A program made the position numbers and the translations under genes. From NCBI RefSeq assembly GCF_006345805.1, contig NC_043002.1, positions 61,814,001-61,878,000 on the forward strand: a DNA stretch of 64,000 nucleotides, given 5' to 3'. Each line of letters begins with the position of its first letter. The stretch's first letter is position 1. Shown one piece after another: positions 11,664 through 24,199 of this stretch. The notes under the pieces were generated by a model. That model searched no databases, had not been told where the DNA came from, and worked only from the letters and a program-made list of their open reading frames with translations. The DNA comes from Octopus sinensis. Lineage: Eukaryota.

Positions 11664-12819
11664 ACACACACACACACACATATATATATATTAGTTCCTT
11701 ATAAATCTGCATTGCGGTTACAGCGTCTCATAAGTAATTCTCTTGTTTTCACATTGCATGTTTCATTGTCCAGTATTATTATTATACAAGCTTGATATCA
11801 TTTACATTATTTGCATTGCTTTCGACGTATTATTTCATTGCTTGTTTACTAATTAATATTTGATATAATCTGTATTATTATCGATTTAAACCATACCGGA
11901 GATCATTGGGAAATTAATAAATTATTTCGGAAAAAATATGCATTGCATATTTTGTTTTAAACATCTTTAATCAGTGCAGCCATATGCTACCGCAGTTCTG
12001 TATATTGATATTACATTTCCTTTTTCGCAAATATATACATTTAAATATATTACTTTTTGAGGTTTTCTCTCTGTGTGCTGTCGGTGTACGTTTTATATAT
12101 GGAAGAATATATTAATGGAATGGCACTATATGTTGCACATATAAATGTAAAAGTAAATACGCTTACATATACCATTATATCATATATCATTAATCGCAGC
12201 AACTTACTATTATTCATATTACATATTATTAATATTATTATTTCATGTATTAATTTTATCGTATTACTTTTTAAATTAAATTGCTTGATGGAATTCAGAA
12301 TGGAGTTACTCGAATAGCGAGACCTCTATTATCTTGTACGCTAGATCATCCTTGAAATATAGATATATATATATTTCCTTCTATAATTTTTATACATCAA
12401 CGTTTTGGCATGCAAATTCCGCTTATATATTTATAGTTTTCAAATTTTCAGTATACTTAATATATTCATTGTAATTTCTGATTATTTCGTTACTAAAATA
12501 ATTATGTATGAATACCTTGAAGCATTCCCTTATGAACTTTACGTAATCTCGCATAATTTGTCATTGTTATTTCAATGTTTAAAGGTTGAGATATCTTATT
12601 AATATTTCTTTAAACAAATATGGCGGATGCATGTATACACTTATAGACATGCATACAGATATACACAAAAACAACACACACAAATATAAATATATATATA
12701 TTTGTGTGTGTGTGTGTGTGTATTTCTGTATGACCCAAGTAATCACATACATATAAATCAAACTGAGAAAAATAGTATTCGAATAGGGAAGGTAGAGTAA
12801 TATGCTTGATTATTATTAC

Positions 12820-12994
12820 AGCTGCAAAAACATCACAAAATTATCACAAAAGACTGCTACTCAAAATTTCACGTTCCCGTTTCTATCTACCTGTTCTTTT
12901 CAGTTAGTGTTCCGTCTCTGTTTCATTCAGCTTCAGATTATCCGCTTCCTACAGTGACCGTTGTTTGTGATATTTTTGCGATGTCTTTGCAGCT
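12820..12994. mobile_element. MITE-like element with ~31-bp terminal inverted repeats
   Basis: AGCTGCAAAAACATCACAAAATTATCACAAA (12820-12850) versus TTTGTGATATTTTTGCGATGTCTTTGCAGCT (12964-12994); right flank TTAA, left flank TTAC. Confidence 0.65.
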
Positions 12995-13007
12995 TTAAAA
13001 TAACAAA

Positions 13008-13008
13008 G

Positions 13009-13071
<63 letters not shown>

Positions 13072-13089
13072 ATCTATCTATCTATATAG

Positions 13090-13145
<56 letters not shown>

Positions 13146-13153
13146 TCTATCTA

Positions 13154-13221
<68 letters not shown>

Positions 13222-13260
13222 GATATAGATAGATATAGATAGATAAATATATATATATAT
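13008..13260. repeat. Compound (TATC)n/(TA)n/(CT)n/(GATA)n microsatellite
   Basis: Direct reading. Confidence 0.97.
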
Positions 13261-13769
13261 ATATGTGTGTCTATATACATATTTATATATTTATATATAT
13301 ATATATATAATATATATACATATATATGTACACATATATGCATACATACACACACACATATATACACACATATATAATTCTAATATAAGGTTAAGAAACT
13401 GAGGTTAAGTAAATACGTGTTAAACACAGTATCTAAACCTTATTTCAGGATAAGTCCCAGGTCATGTGCCGCGGAGCACGTTCACCACATATGGCTGCCA
13501 GGCACCATCAGCGATACTTAAGAAACATCGTTGAAGTAATTCCAGAAATTTCAGGATGGATGTTGAGTATATATTAAAGATAAAAAGAGAAGCCGGAATG
13601 TACCAACAAAAGAATTTATATTATAACAACAATGGTTTCATCGTCAGGACGCTTTGCTCCTTTGAGTGCTTGAAAGGATGCAATAACAACAGATGCTAAT
13701 CACAGTGTGTTATATACACACACATGCACGCACACACATACATATATAGCTCAAATTTGCAGAAACCAA

Positions 13770-15540
13770 ATGATGAAAACAGGTATAGGAACAACAGGCA
13801 GGTATATTAGTTTAACGCTGGGCAAAATGGAAGTCTTTTAAGTTTCGAGCCTACACTCTTCGACAGAAAAGATAATTGAGAGAGACTGAGAAAAACGTAG
13901 AGAGAAAAACTTTGTACCTTTCAGCGGTCCAACATGGATAGATGACTGGTAAAATAAGATGCTAAATAAAAGGAAGTTAATAAAAACTGTAATGGTGACA
14001 CCAACAAACTAAGGTGCGCAAGCTTGTTTGTGTATGTGAGAATGGAATGTGTGAGTGTGCATGTGTGAATGAGGTGAGTGAGTCTTATGTGTGTGTGTAA
14101 GGTGTGTGTTTATGTGTTTTGTGCAGCTGTTGATGTGTGCTTGTTCAGGTAATGTGTGCACATGTGTATGTGTGTGTGTCTGTGACTAAATAGTGTGCAT
14201 GTGTATAGCTTATATTTGTGGGCAAAAGTTATCTTTGCCTATAAGTGTGTGTATATGTAGCCTGTATTCAGGTACTATGTGCTTGTGTGTATGTGGGAAG
14301 TGTGCGTGATGGAGTGTAGTGTGTGTGTACTGAGTGATACAGTGTGGCTGGTTGTATAGTCGTATGTATGTGTGGTGATACTATTGAAGATTGTGTGTTA
14401 GTGTGTAGATAATGGTGTGTTGTTTGGCTGCTGAGAAGTGGTCGGTGCTAGTGTGTGTGGAATGGGAAGGTGTTGTGGGTATGTGTGCAAAGGTGTGTAA
14501 AGCAAGTGATGAGTTGAACAGCGTGTATTAATGTTTGTATGGTGGATTGTGTGAGGTGAGGGTATCGAGGTAGGCGCTATGCAGGTTTGTAAGTGGAAGG
14601 GAGGTATTTGGGAATTCGTGTGGGATGTATGTGGGAATTCGTCTGGGAATGGTATCAGTTGAAGGGAGGAAGTGAGTTCAGGCCAAGTGATGCAAGGGAA
14701 CGAAGAAAGAATTTTAGTTCCTGTTCACTGTGAAAGCGGGAGTCCGGGTGGCCCCTTTGTAGAGACATTCCGAACACAGAGAGATGTAGCAATTAACGGG
14801 TAGAGCGGAAGTGGCGCGAGCCCGGGGTGTTATTGCCGAACCTGATATCTAGGTGGTGCTCCGCGAACCGGTCAGCCAAGCGGCGTGCCGTTGGACCAAG
14901 GTACAGGGAAGGACAAAAAGAGCAGGAGACGCAGTAAATATCATTGTTAGAGGTACAGGTAAAGGAGTCTGTGACGTGATAGGTACGGTGATGGGTACCT
15001 GTGAGGATGGTAGTATTGATGTTGTAGGGGCATGTGCGGCAGTGTGAGAAGATGCAGTGGAAGGAAGCCAAGCCATGAGGCGGGGGTAGGGAAGAAACTG
15101 TGGACCAGAAGGCCACAGGTTTTATGGGCTTCTTTGAAGGATGGAAGAGATGGCTTAGGGAAAATGTACGCGGTGGACGCGTCGGGCTGGTGTCGCAGGA
15201 AGGCTCAGAGAATGGTGGGTTGGAGGGGTAGTGTGGAGGAGTGGTACGTGAGGGGAAAAGAGAGACGGGTAAGTGTGGGGCGGGTGCGAGGAGAAAGAGC
15301 AGAGGCATGGTCGTTTCCGAGCAAGAGCAGTGTGGGTAACTGTGAGGGTATATCCACGTGGGAGGAAGTGGCGAGTCATGAGTTGAGACAGAGCCTCAAA
15401 TCATGGTCGTCATTGCAGATCCTGCGAAGCTGGAGGAATTGGGAATGTATATAATGTGATAAGTGGCAAAAATGGAAGTCTTTTTACGTTACAAGTATAA
15501 TTGTCTGCTGAAGGAAAGAATAGACGAGGAGAAAAATGAA
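13770..15540 (-). mobile_element. Penelope-like element, 5'-truncated, with downstream terminal repeat (13770-13920) and partial upstream copy (15455-15540)
   Basis: Coding remnant (next feature); AAAGACTTCCATTTT(T)GCC shared by both ends; hammerhead-like motif at 13833-13870; CA-rich 3' region. Confidence 0.88.
14676..15452 (-). pseudogene. PLE RT-thumb plus GIY-YIG endonuclease remnant (Neptune-like Cys-rich linker)
   Basis: IHSQFLQLRRIC, then (frameshift) MTRHFLPRGYT..TALAR; CRTCPY; FTCTSNNDIYCVSCSFCPSLYLGPTARRLADRFAEH (GIY-YIG plus R..EH); terminal R.HSEQELKFFLRSLASLGLN. Confidence 0.92.
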
Positions 15541-15892
15541 GAGACAGAGAGAGAAGGAGGGAAAAGGAAGAGGAATCTATAAAGCTACAAGTATACAGAT
15601 ATTATGACTTCGCTTAGGGAAGGCGAATGTTAAATGGTCAGAATGCAGACTACATATACATTAGAGAAGAAATTTCTGTGGGTACAGAGCGTAATATTAA
15701 GCGATGCATGACAGTGCTACAGGGATTGCGTAATTAACTAGATCGGCCTACAGCGGCTTCGTTCGTAAGAAGCAACGGACGCGAAGCTGAGTACTCGCGC
15801 ATCGTCTTATAGATTTCTAAGAACTATAAAAATGGAGTCTATGTTTATTTTGGAAAGCATTGAAATACATCGAAACGACACAGAGACACACT

Positions 15893-15924
<32 letters not shown>

Positions 15925-17005
15925 CACACACAATCACGCACACACATACTCTCACATATACATACATACACACGCACACACAAACACTCACATATGTATG
16001 CTTGTGTATAGATATATAACAATAAAGAAATATCTCGAATAATATGATTAGTTTATTTTGTCCCTCACAATAAGGTTTATTAAAGTAATTTGATTGTTTT
16101 TCAAAGTTTGGATGTGTTAAAGTGAGAAACCAATAAAATAATTGGATCGAAATAATCTGTGGGTATCTTTCTCATAATATGCGGCATAATCTCATAATAT
16201 GTGCTTTACGTTAGAAATCAATATTCAGTTAAACTGAAAAATATCTGAATCTTGTCTATTATTTACTTGATATGTAAATCTCATAACACCCAAAGAAGAG
16301 TGTATATAAAGAATATTTTATAATATTTAATGGTTGTTATCATAGCTTGTCGTGAAATATAATTAGAGTCATCAATTTTATTATATGTGAAAATTAAACA
16401 TTTCCAAAATATTAGAGTTATGATACATCTTATGTTCTTTCAACTGCAACCTGTACAGAAAAGTTTAAGTTTACTTTGCAAACATAACAGCGAAGAATGG
16501 TTAAATATAAATTCATTATATTTTTGTTTTCCCGAAGAAAAAAAAAAGATGTTGATAAAATAATGTGACATTAATTCCAGAGTACGTTGTTCGAAAATAC
16601 AGGTTAAATATAGAAACAATACATAAACAATATGTAAATATCTGTTGTCAATATCAAAGCAATGTATACAGGAAAATGTTTGTGAAAATATACACAGGTA
16701 AGTTAGTTCGGTAATTTACAAATTTATGGAAGAATATAGATAGTTATTTTCATCTTATCTTGTCAATGAAATAATATGTGTGATGAAGGTAAATATTTGC
16801 ACACAGATAAATGGCCCACATGCACAGAAAATACAGTTAAACATACATACACATATATACACAGACCAATACACACACGCACACACGCACTAACATATTA
16901 ACATAAACACGCTCATATGTATATACAGGCGTGCATATATCTTGCATGGAGATTAACTAATACAGAGAGAAAGAGAAAGGGAGAAAAGAGAGAAAGAGAG
17001 AAGAA

Positions 17006-17048
<43 letters not shown>

Positions 17049-17353
17049 GTGAATAAGCGAGAGAGGGGGGAAATTTGTTTCTGTCAAGCGAACAACGTCA
17101 AGTGAATACAAAATGTAGAATAGATTTCCTCTGTTTCTGCAGGAGGAATAACTCGGTTGAAGTGCTGGTCTCTGATTGGACAAAAAAAGACATACGTTAA
17201 AGGTGACTCAAATATCGATTATGGAAATGACATCAAATAACGGTACCAAGTTTTAAGTATCCGCGGAAATGCTGGTCTGTCATTTTCGAAGTATTTTGTA
17301 TTACGCTCTCAGACGGGACCAATTTTAATACTAAATCTATATTAATCATGTGA

Positions 17354-17396
<43 letters not shown>

Positions 17397-17485
17397 GTGT
17401 ATGTACGTTGGCACTTATATATATATTTATGCAAGCGTATGCATATGTGCATGCAATCACCTGTATATGTATATTTACATATGTA

Positions 17486-17524
<39 letters not shown>

Positions 17525-17619
17525 TATATATATATATTACTTTACTCTGCTATGTATTGAGTACCTTATTTACTGTGGTTAACCACGACTCAACCCGGGA
17601 CCTATATATATATTTTTTT

Positions 17620-17788
17620 TCCTCTGTCTCCCTTCTCGGGATCTTTCCTTCTCCTATGTTTCCGACGAAGAGCTCCGCTCGAAACGTTAAACCCTCCTTC
17701 TTTCCTTCTTTCCTGAGCGTCCAATAATACTATATTTGTTTAACGTCCTCGCGTGTCTTGTTTTTTGTGCTTTCTTGTTTTGATTAAC

Positions 17789-17790
<2 letters not shown>
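17620..17790 (+). mobile_element. Penelope-type terminal repeat remnant ending in (TA)n
   Basis: CT-rich lead-in, hammerhead-like motif, T-rich tail running into (TA)n; same layout as the repeat of the coding PLE at 13770. Confidence 0.65.
17658..17692 (+). ncRNA. Minimal type-I hammerhead-like motif (U4 to C variant)
   Basis: GTTT CCGACGA A GAGC TCC GCTC GAAAC GTT AAAC: helix I GTTT/AAAC, helix II GAGC/GCTC, palindromic ACGT helix III; core differs from CUGANGA at one base. Confidence 0.5.
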
Positions 17791-17820
<30 letters not shown>

Positions 17821-17829
17821 ATATAATAA

Positions 17830-18122
17830 ATATTAGGGAATAAATCCAAATTTACAGGGAAAAAAATCAGATTTAGGATTAAATCCAATTTTATAGTAAA
17901 ATATTATAAAATATTATTAGAGACAAAACCACTATTTTGCAAAACAAACAAGGAAGACTTAATCAATACGTAAAATTTTAATAAATAGTCAAAAAAACCG
18001 CCACTACAATCGTTAGACAAGAAACGATTGTAGTGGCGGTTTTTTTGACTATTTATTAAAATTTTATGTATTGATTAAGTCTTTCCTGTTTGTTTTGCAA
18101 AATAGTGGTTTTGTCTCTAATA

Positions 18123-18132
<10 letters not shown>
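17830..18132. repeat. Dispersed repeat folded into a ~110-bp-arm palindrome (17905-18132)
   Basis: Left arm ends CCGCCACTACAATCGTT (18014), right arm starts AACGATTGTAGTGGCGG (18023); single unfolded copy at 32535-32735. Confidence 0.92.
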
Positions 18133-18166
<34 letters not shown>

Positions 18167-18499
18167 TTCTTCATAGATGGTATTTCAAGGGTTAAACTTT
18201 ATTCGCAGACTGATTTTTCTACCAATAGCTCATAATGCCTGAAGATTTCATAAGTGATTTACAATATGAATTAACGACAGATATAATGCAAACTTATTCA
18301 TCTATTATTGAAACAATCGTAGAATCACTTGAATTAGTGAATACCTATTTATTATCATTTATAGTACTTTTACAACGCGAGACGCACGCACCTAATGCTG
18401 CGCCAATAGATGCTGCGTCTTAAATGAGTACATAACAATAATGAAAGAAATTGAGATTCCGTCGAGTAATTTACTACCAGAATATATATTCATATATTT

Positions 18500-18745
18500 G
18501 AGCAACTCTTTTCTCGAAGGCACATATTTTCATGAGTTGCTCGGAATGTGGGGTAGATAAAGAGCTGACAACTGATGAAGGGCTGTTACTTATGTTATTT
18601 GCCTTGTTTTCTATTTCTTTCTTTCGTTGCTCGCAAAAATGTATGTCTTCGTACGGCGTATTTCATGTTGTTTACGTTTTGTGACGTCCTGTACCAATAT
18701 ATGCATGTATATATACATACATATGTATGTACTAATATGTATATA

Positions 18746-18825
<80 letters not shown>

Positions 18826-19510
18826 TATATATACATGTATATATATATATATTATTATATAATTATATGATTGGACTCCACGCATCCATTTCTAAGTAAG
18901 TTTATCTTAGTTTTGATGCGACTCTGCTCTGTACTGTTCTCTCTCTGTCTCACGATTCGTTTCCTCTCTCTTCCTTTCTCTAATTTTTTCTCCCCTTTCC
19001 CTTTTTTATTTGTCTTTCTCTCTCTCCCTCTTCCTCAGTTACTCTCTTTTTGCTCACATGTAACCATCGACCATCTTTCTTTTCCTCACATGATCATCTT
19101 TCTTTTCATTTGGTCTGCTACACAGACCAGACACATTCTTGTCTGTCTCCTCTCCTATCTTTTATCCTGACAAAGAATGTTCCTTCAGCGTTCGCCACCC
19201 TACCTCGTATGGCTAGGCGGCCCTCACACTTTGTTTTCACTGTCCTGTTTTGTTACCAACTTTGACCCTCAGAAAATCTCAAATTTCTCGGAAGTAGCTG
19301 TTTTCTTGAAGGCATATATTGTCGTGAATTACTCAAATGTGAGTAGATAAACAGCCGATAACTGATTAAGGGTCATTCTTTATGTTAGTTGTATTGTCTT
19401 CCATTTCCTTCTTTCGTTGTTCACATACAAAAGTTTGTCTGCGCATTTCTTGTTTTCGTATCTCGTATTTAATGTCGTTACGTTTTTGTGACGTTCTATA
19501 GCTATATATG
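18500..19510 (+). mobile_element. Element with ~210-bp diverged direct repeats (18500-18715, 19290-19510) around a CT-rich core
   Basis: Shared TT(C/G)T(C/T)GAAGGCA(C/T)ATATT .. GTAGATAAA .. ACTGAT(G/T)AAGGG .. CTTTCGTTG .. TTACGTTTT(T)GTGACGT; the end GACGTCCTGTACC resembles the reverse of 4850-4870. Confidence 0.55.
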
Positions 19511-19607
19511 CATGTACATATGCATATATATATATTATTTATATTGTTATATGATTGAATGCGACGCATCCATTTCCAAGGAAGATTATCATATATTATA
19601 TATATAT

Positions 19608-19670
<63 letters not shown>

Positions 19671-19877
19671 CTGACAGAGTCAACATCCATTGACAAATTT
19701 GCAAAAAACAACGAAAACTTTTGGAGAAAATATAAATAATAAGTAAGTGGAAATCGAACCTATACGTGTGCTAGATAATAAGGCAGTAACATAATATCAC
19801 TCTCCGCAGACACAGCGTAATTTGCTTCATCACACCAATAAACCACATATATATATATATATATATATACATATATA

Positions 19878-20036
19878 GGGAGAATTCACACAAAAAATGA
19901 CGGAGACAGATGGTGTAGGCAACAAACCTAGTTTAACCTTCGGGAAATGAAAATGTCTTTAACGTTTGAAGCCTACGCTCTTTCATAAAGGAACACAGAA
20001 AGATACAAGGAGAGAAAATAAAGAATGCGTAGTGGC

Positions 20037-20040
<4 letters not shown>
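19878..20040 (-). mobile_element. Penelope-type terminal repeat remnant (family of 13770)
   Basis: Minus strand GAAAGAGCGTAGGCTTCAAACGTTAAAGAC..GTTAAACTAGG matches the reverse of 13805-13865. Confidence 0.75.
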
Positions 20041-20098
<58 letters not shown>

Positions 20099-20142
20099 AA
20101 GGGAGAGAGAGAGACAGAAGGAAAAAAATGTAGATTTCAGTG

Positions 20143-20285
20143 TTTACTGTTTGCTTCAAGGCTCTTGAGAGTCGTGTCTAATGCCAACGTGGCATCACAA
20201 GGTAACGAAAGGTTGTTGTGTATCGTGCGTATCTTCCTTTAATCATATCAGACATGCATCCTGTACAAGAGTCATGTAAATTTGT
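20143..20285 (+). mobile_element. RTE LINE fragment (homologous to 21435-21575)
   Basis: ACTGTTTGCTTC..CTTGAGA..ATGCCAACGTG..ATCACAAG..GTATCGTGC..CATAT(C/T)AGACATGCATC shared. Confidence 0.75.
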
Positions 20286-20445
20286 TCATTCACTCTCTGT
20301 TTATTTTCTCTCATCCATATCTGCTGAAGAGCGTAGACTCGAAACGTAATTGACTTCTTTTTTTCTGGACCATCAAACTAATGCACTTTCATGTTTTTTC
20401 TACACTTGTGTTCGTACTTTGCTTTGCTATGAAGTTCGAATATAT
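20285..20445 (+). mobile_element. Penelope-type terminal repeat remnant with hammerhead-like motif at 20321-20350
   Basis: CTGCTGAAGAGCGTAGACTCGAAACGTAATTGAC; ends in (TA)n. Confidence 0.75.
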
Positions 20446-20551
20446 ATATATATTGCAACACTTGAGAACCTCCAACGAATACATACATTCCAGGAACGAG
20501 ATTTTCTTTTTGTCCCCAACCTAAGTAGCTATTTGTAGTTTTTAATTTAAG

Positions 20552-20589
<38 letters not shown>

Positions 20590-20590
<1 letters not shown>

Positions 20591-20978
20591 TAACAGTATC
20601 GGCCGGCGTTGCTCGGATTTGTTTCGACCCTTTAGAATTGGAATTTTTGTAAAGTAAAACGTTTGTATTATGTAGCTTGTTATTCGCTTTAAGTGAACAT
20701 TTTTCTGGTTGAAGTACACCGAGAAATGGCGACACAGCTGTCAAAAAATCGTAAAAAAACAGGGATTTTCATAGAAAAAAAGAAACACCTTTTTGATGTA
20801 AATAATTTTTGGTGTTAACATGGTCCGATCTGAATTTTTCTTCTACGGAAAGATGTGAAAGCCTTCATCTATCATACTCTCAATTTTGGTCAACTTGCTC
20901 CGCAGGGTTTCGGAGGTGATAGTATTAGTTGAAGGCTACCAAACCTGCCATACACAGACAACTTCAGCTTTATATATA

Positions 20979-20985
<7 letters not shown>
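20590..20985 (-). mobile_element. Non-autonomous Helitron, same family as 3743-4137
   Basis: Minus-strand end CCGAGCAACGCCGGCCGATACTG-TTAG|T (CTAG mutated); 5' TATAAAGCTGAAGTTGTCTGTG merges into (TA)n. Confidence 0.75.
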
Positions 20986-21010
<25 letters not shown>

Positions 21011-21029
21011 GTGTTGTGTGTGTGTGTGT

Positions 21030-21072
<43 letters not shown>

Positions 21073-21154
21073 GTGTGTGTGTGTATATATGTATGTATGT
21101 ATGTATGTTTGTATGTATGTATATACGCATAAAATATTTCTGTTAGGTTTTCTC

Positions 21155-22290
21155 AATCTGGATTATGTGAATGATTACGACTCCGTTGCGCATACATATG
21201 AAGACATGAACATTCTCATAGATTTATATTTCTGCACCCTGCAAGACATTCAGACTCAGTATTACACTCGACAAGATAGCAGTAATGGTCTAGCCGGTGC
21301 CATGAAACCCATTCCTGTAACCATGTATCTCAGATGAATGCATCGTACTGAAATTGGAAGAAATGTTTTTCTATCTGGTCAGCAAACTGAGCAGGTATTT
21401 CGTCTCTGAAGATGGAATATTTTTAAGTTTTCAGGTCACTGTTGCCTTCTAGGCACTTGAGATGCCAACGTGCGATCGCAAGCTGACGAACTGTTACTAT
21501 GTATCGTGCATGTGTGCTGATGCTGTTCTTTTAAACATATTAGACATGCATCTTTTAAAAGTATGATGTAAATTCTCTTCAACTCTTCCATCAGAGATGT
21601 CTGCAACATATTCTGAATTTTAGCTAATTCTTGCTGACTACAGACACAGAGGTTTTCAGGGAGCCGACATCCCGAGCCTTGAGGCGTTTGTGTACAAGTA
21701 CCGATTGCGCTAGGCTGGGCAGCATGTTAAGATGCATGGTCTGATGATCCATAAGCAAATGGTTTTTGGGGAAATGCCCCCAGCAGAGATCAAGACTAGA
21801 AGTTTATGTATTGTATAAAGGCCTGAGATACAGAAAGCCAAATTAGAAAGCAATACTTGCTGTTGATACTACTGCTGGAAACGAGTAGAGGGAGGTATGT
21901 GAATTTTTGAAGAAAAACGTATTTTGCATGCAACTTTTACAAGTATAGTGTATGTTCTCTTGAACTCTTCCCTCAGAGATGTCTGTAACATATTCTGAAT
22001 GTTGGCTAATCCTTGCTGACTACTGACACAGAGTCTTCAGGGTAGCCGATATCCTGTACCTTGAGGCGATGGTGTACAAGCACCGATTGCGCTTGCCAGT
22101 GTAGCATGTTAAGATGGATGGTCGGATAATCCCTACGCAGATGCTATATGGTGAACTTGTTTGAGGTAAATGCCTCCAGGAGAAAGCAAGACTAAAGGTT
22201 GAAGGATTGTATGAAAGCCTGAGATACAGAAAGGCAAATTAGAAAGCAACGCTTTCTTTCAACGCGAATGCTGGAAACGTGTAAAGGAAG
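21155..22290 (+). mobile_element. RTE (BovB-like) LINE, decayed 3' RT region with internal tandem duplication
   Basis: AHTYEDMNILIDL then (frameshift) SAPCKTFRLSITLDKIAVM (cf. ACxxFGLxISxxKT); ADIPSLEAFVYKYRLR*AG.HV.M; second unit IP.QMLYGEL. Repeat offset ~382 bp. Confidence 0.85.
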
Positions 22291-23034
22291 GTTTTGGAAA
22301 TTAAATGAATCACAAAGGAAGAGGTAATTCTAAAATGAAATTCATTAGATAAAAATTACTTCCGATGTATGAAGCATTTCACTGTATTTTGTAGCAGAAG
22401 CACATGTAAGATAATGGATCCCACTGCTTAATTTCCCCTTCGTGTTTTAGGGTATTATTTATTCACGCTTACATGGGTTTCTTTTCGGATAGGAGTTACA
22501 CAGGTAGGCATTTAAATCAAAATATATACATCTCCTATTACTAATTTTATTCATCCAGGGATGAATATTTTAAATTTTACCAGTTTGTTGTTTACATACG
22601 CAATTCCCTGACATAAAGTATTTTCCAGCATTCTACAGTAGACTTCAGTATTAACAACTCCTATATATATGATATAACATCTACAGCCAATCTTTGGAGT
22701 AAAGGTGTATGGAGGTGTATTTCATGTGTGTAAACTTATCTACACATACACACACACACCCACCCGCACACAACCATGCACGCACACTAACATGCACGCA
22801 CACTAACTTGCACGCACACTAACATGCACGCACACTCACATGCACGCACACTCACATGGATACACACATAAGGAAGCCGTTGACACACTTCGTTAAAAAA
22901 TGACGTCTCGGTCACACGTCAGACATTTTGATTATAATTCTGTGCAGTGTGATGTATACTGTGTCTGGATAACGTCTCAGTCTGGCTGCTATTTGACAAG
23001 GCTTCGGCATATACATACATACCAAACTATCCCC

Positions 23035-23167
23035 CTAGCCACATACGTACATACATACATACATACATACATACATACTGACATAAATACATACATACAT
23101 ACATACCTATCACGCTAGCCACATACGTACGTACATAGATACATACATACATACATACATACATACA

Positions 23168-23199
<32 letters not shown>

Positions 23200-23275
23200 G
23201 ACATACATACAGACATACATACATACACACATATATACATACATAAATATATATATATATACATATATACATAAG
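23035..23275. repeat. (TACA)n compound microsatellite
   Basis: Direct reading. Confidence 0.96.
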
Positions 23276-23332
23276 ACATACATGTATGTGTGTACACATA
23301 GACAGAGATGCCTCTGTCTCTCTCCCTCTGTC

Positions 23333-23371
<39 letters not shown>

Positions 23372-24146
23372 CTCTCTATATATATATATGCATAGCAACA
23401 TACATATACATACCTACTTATGTGTATACATTTACATATATACATATATATATGCGAGTGTATGTGTGTTTGTGTGTTTGTGTATGTGTGTGCATACATA
23501 TATACATATTCACATCTGCAGACATAACCGGGGCTTGCTCATCTAAATATAAGTGAAACTTGCTTTGGACAAATATCGGTGGGAAAAAGAAGACAGGAAT
23601 CTTTGATCTTTGGAATAGACGTTCGATGCAATCGCATCATTACTTTTTGATAGTATGTATTTATTTATTAAAATACGATATCGAAATCTTCACAATTCGA
23701 ATCCATCAGTGAATTCTATGAACTAATAATAATTCTGAGAACGGCTAACTAATAATTTTAAATATTCATCTCTCTCCGAAATAATATTTCTCCCTCGTAA
23801 ATTTGCTCGCATTCATAGGAATCTTCGTAAAAGCTTCTTAGCTTTTATACCAAAACTAAATATAGAGTTGAGAATATTAGTTTCTTGTCAACGGACTCTA
23901 ATATAAATAGATTTCGTTTCCTTCAGATATGTTTAGATATTCTTATAGAATCCAATATAAAGAGCTGACAATATGACTTTCGTAACTTAGAAAGCTAAAC
24001 AATAATAATTTTATAAACAGTATTTTATTAGGTCTTAAATTCGTTCAGATAAACGTAAGATTCTTTCACTTACAGTTATATGTCTTTGTGTGGAAATCTG
24101 CACAACTCAATCACATTAAAACCGTGTGCTTGCACATGTAGCATAT

Positions 24147-24199
<53 letters not shown>

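Noticed and set aside
13445-13570. GC-richer stretch after TTATTTCAG, with open frame DKSQVMCRG..
   Set aside because: No convincing donor and no recognisable protein; too weak to call.
15756-15787. CpG-rich hairpin GCTTCG..CGAAGC upstream of the PLE
   Set aside because: Short, single occurrence, no link to a known structure.
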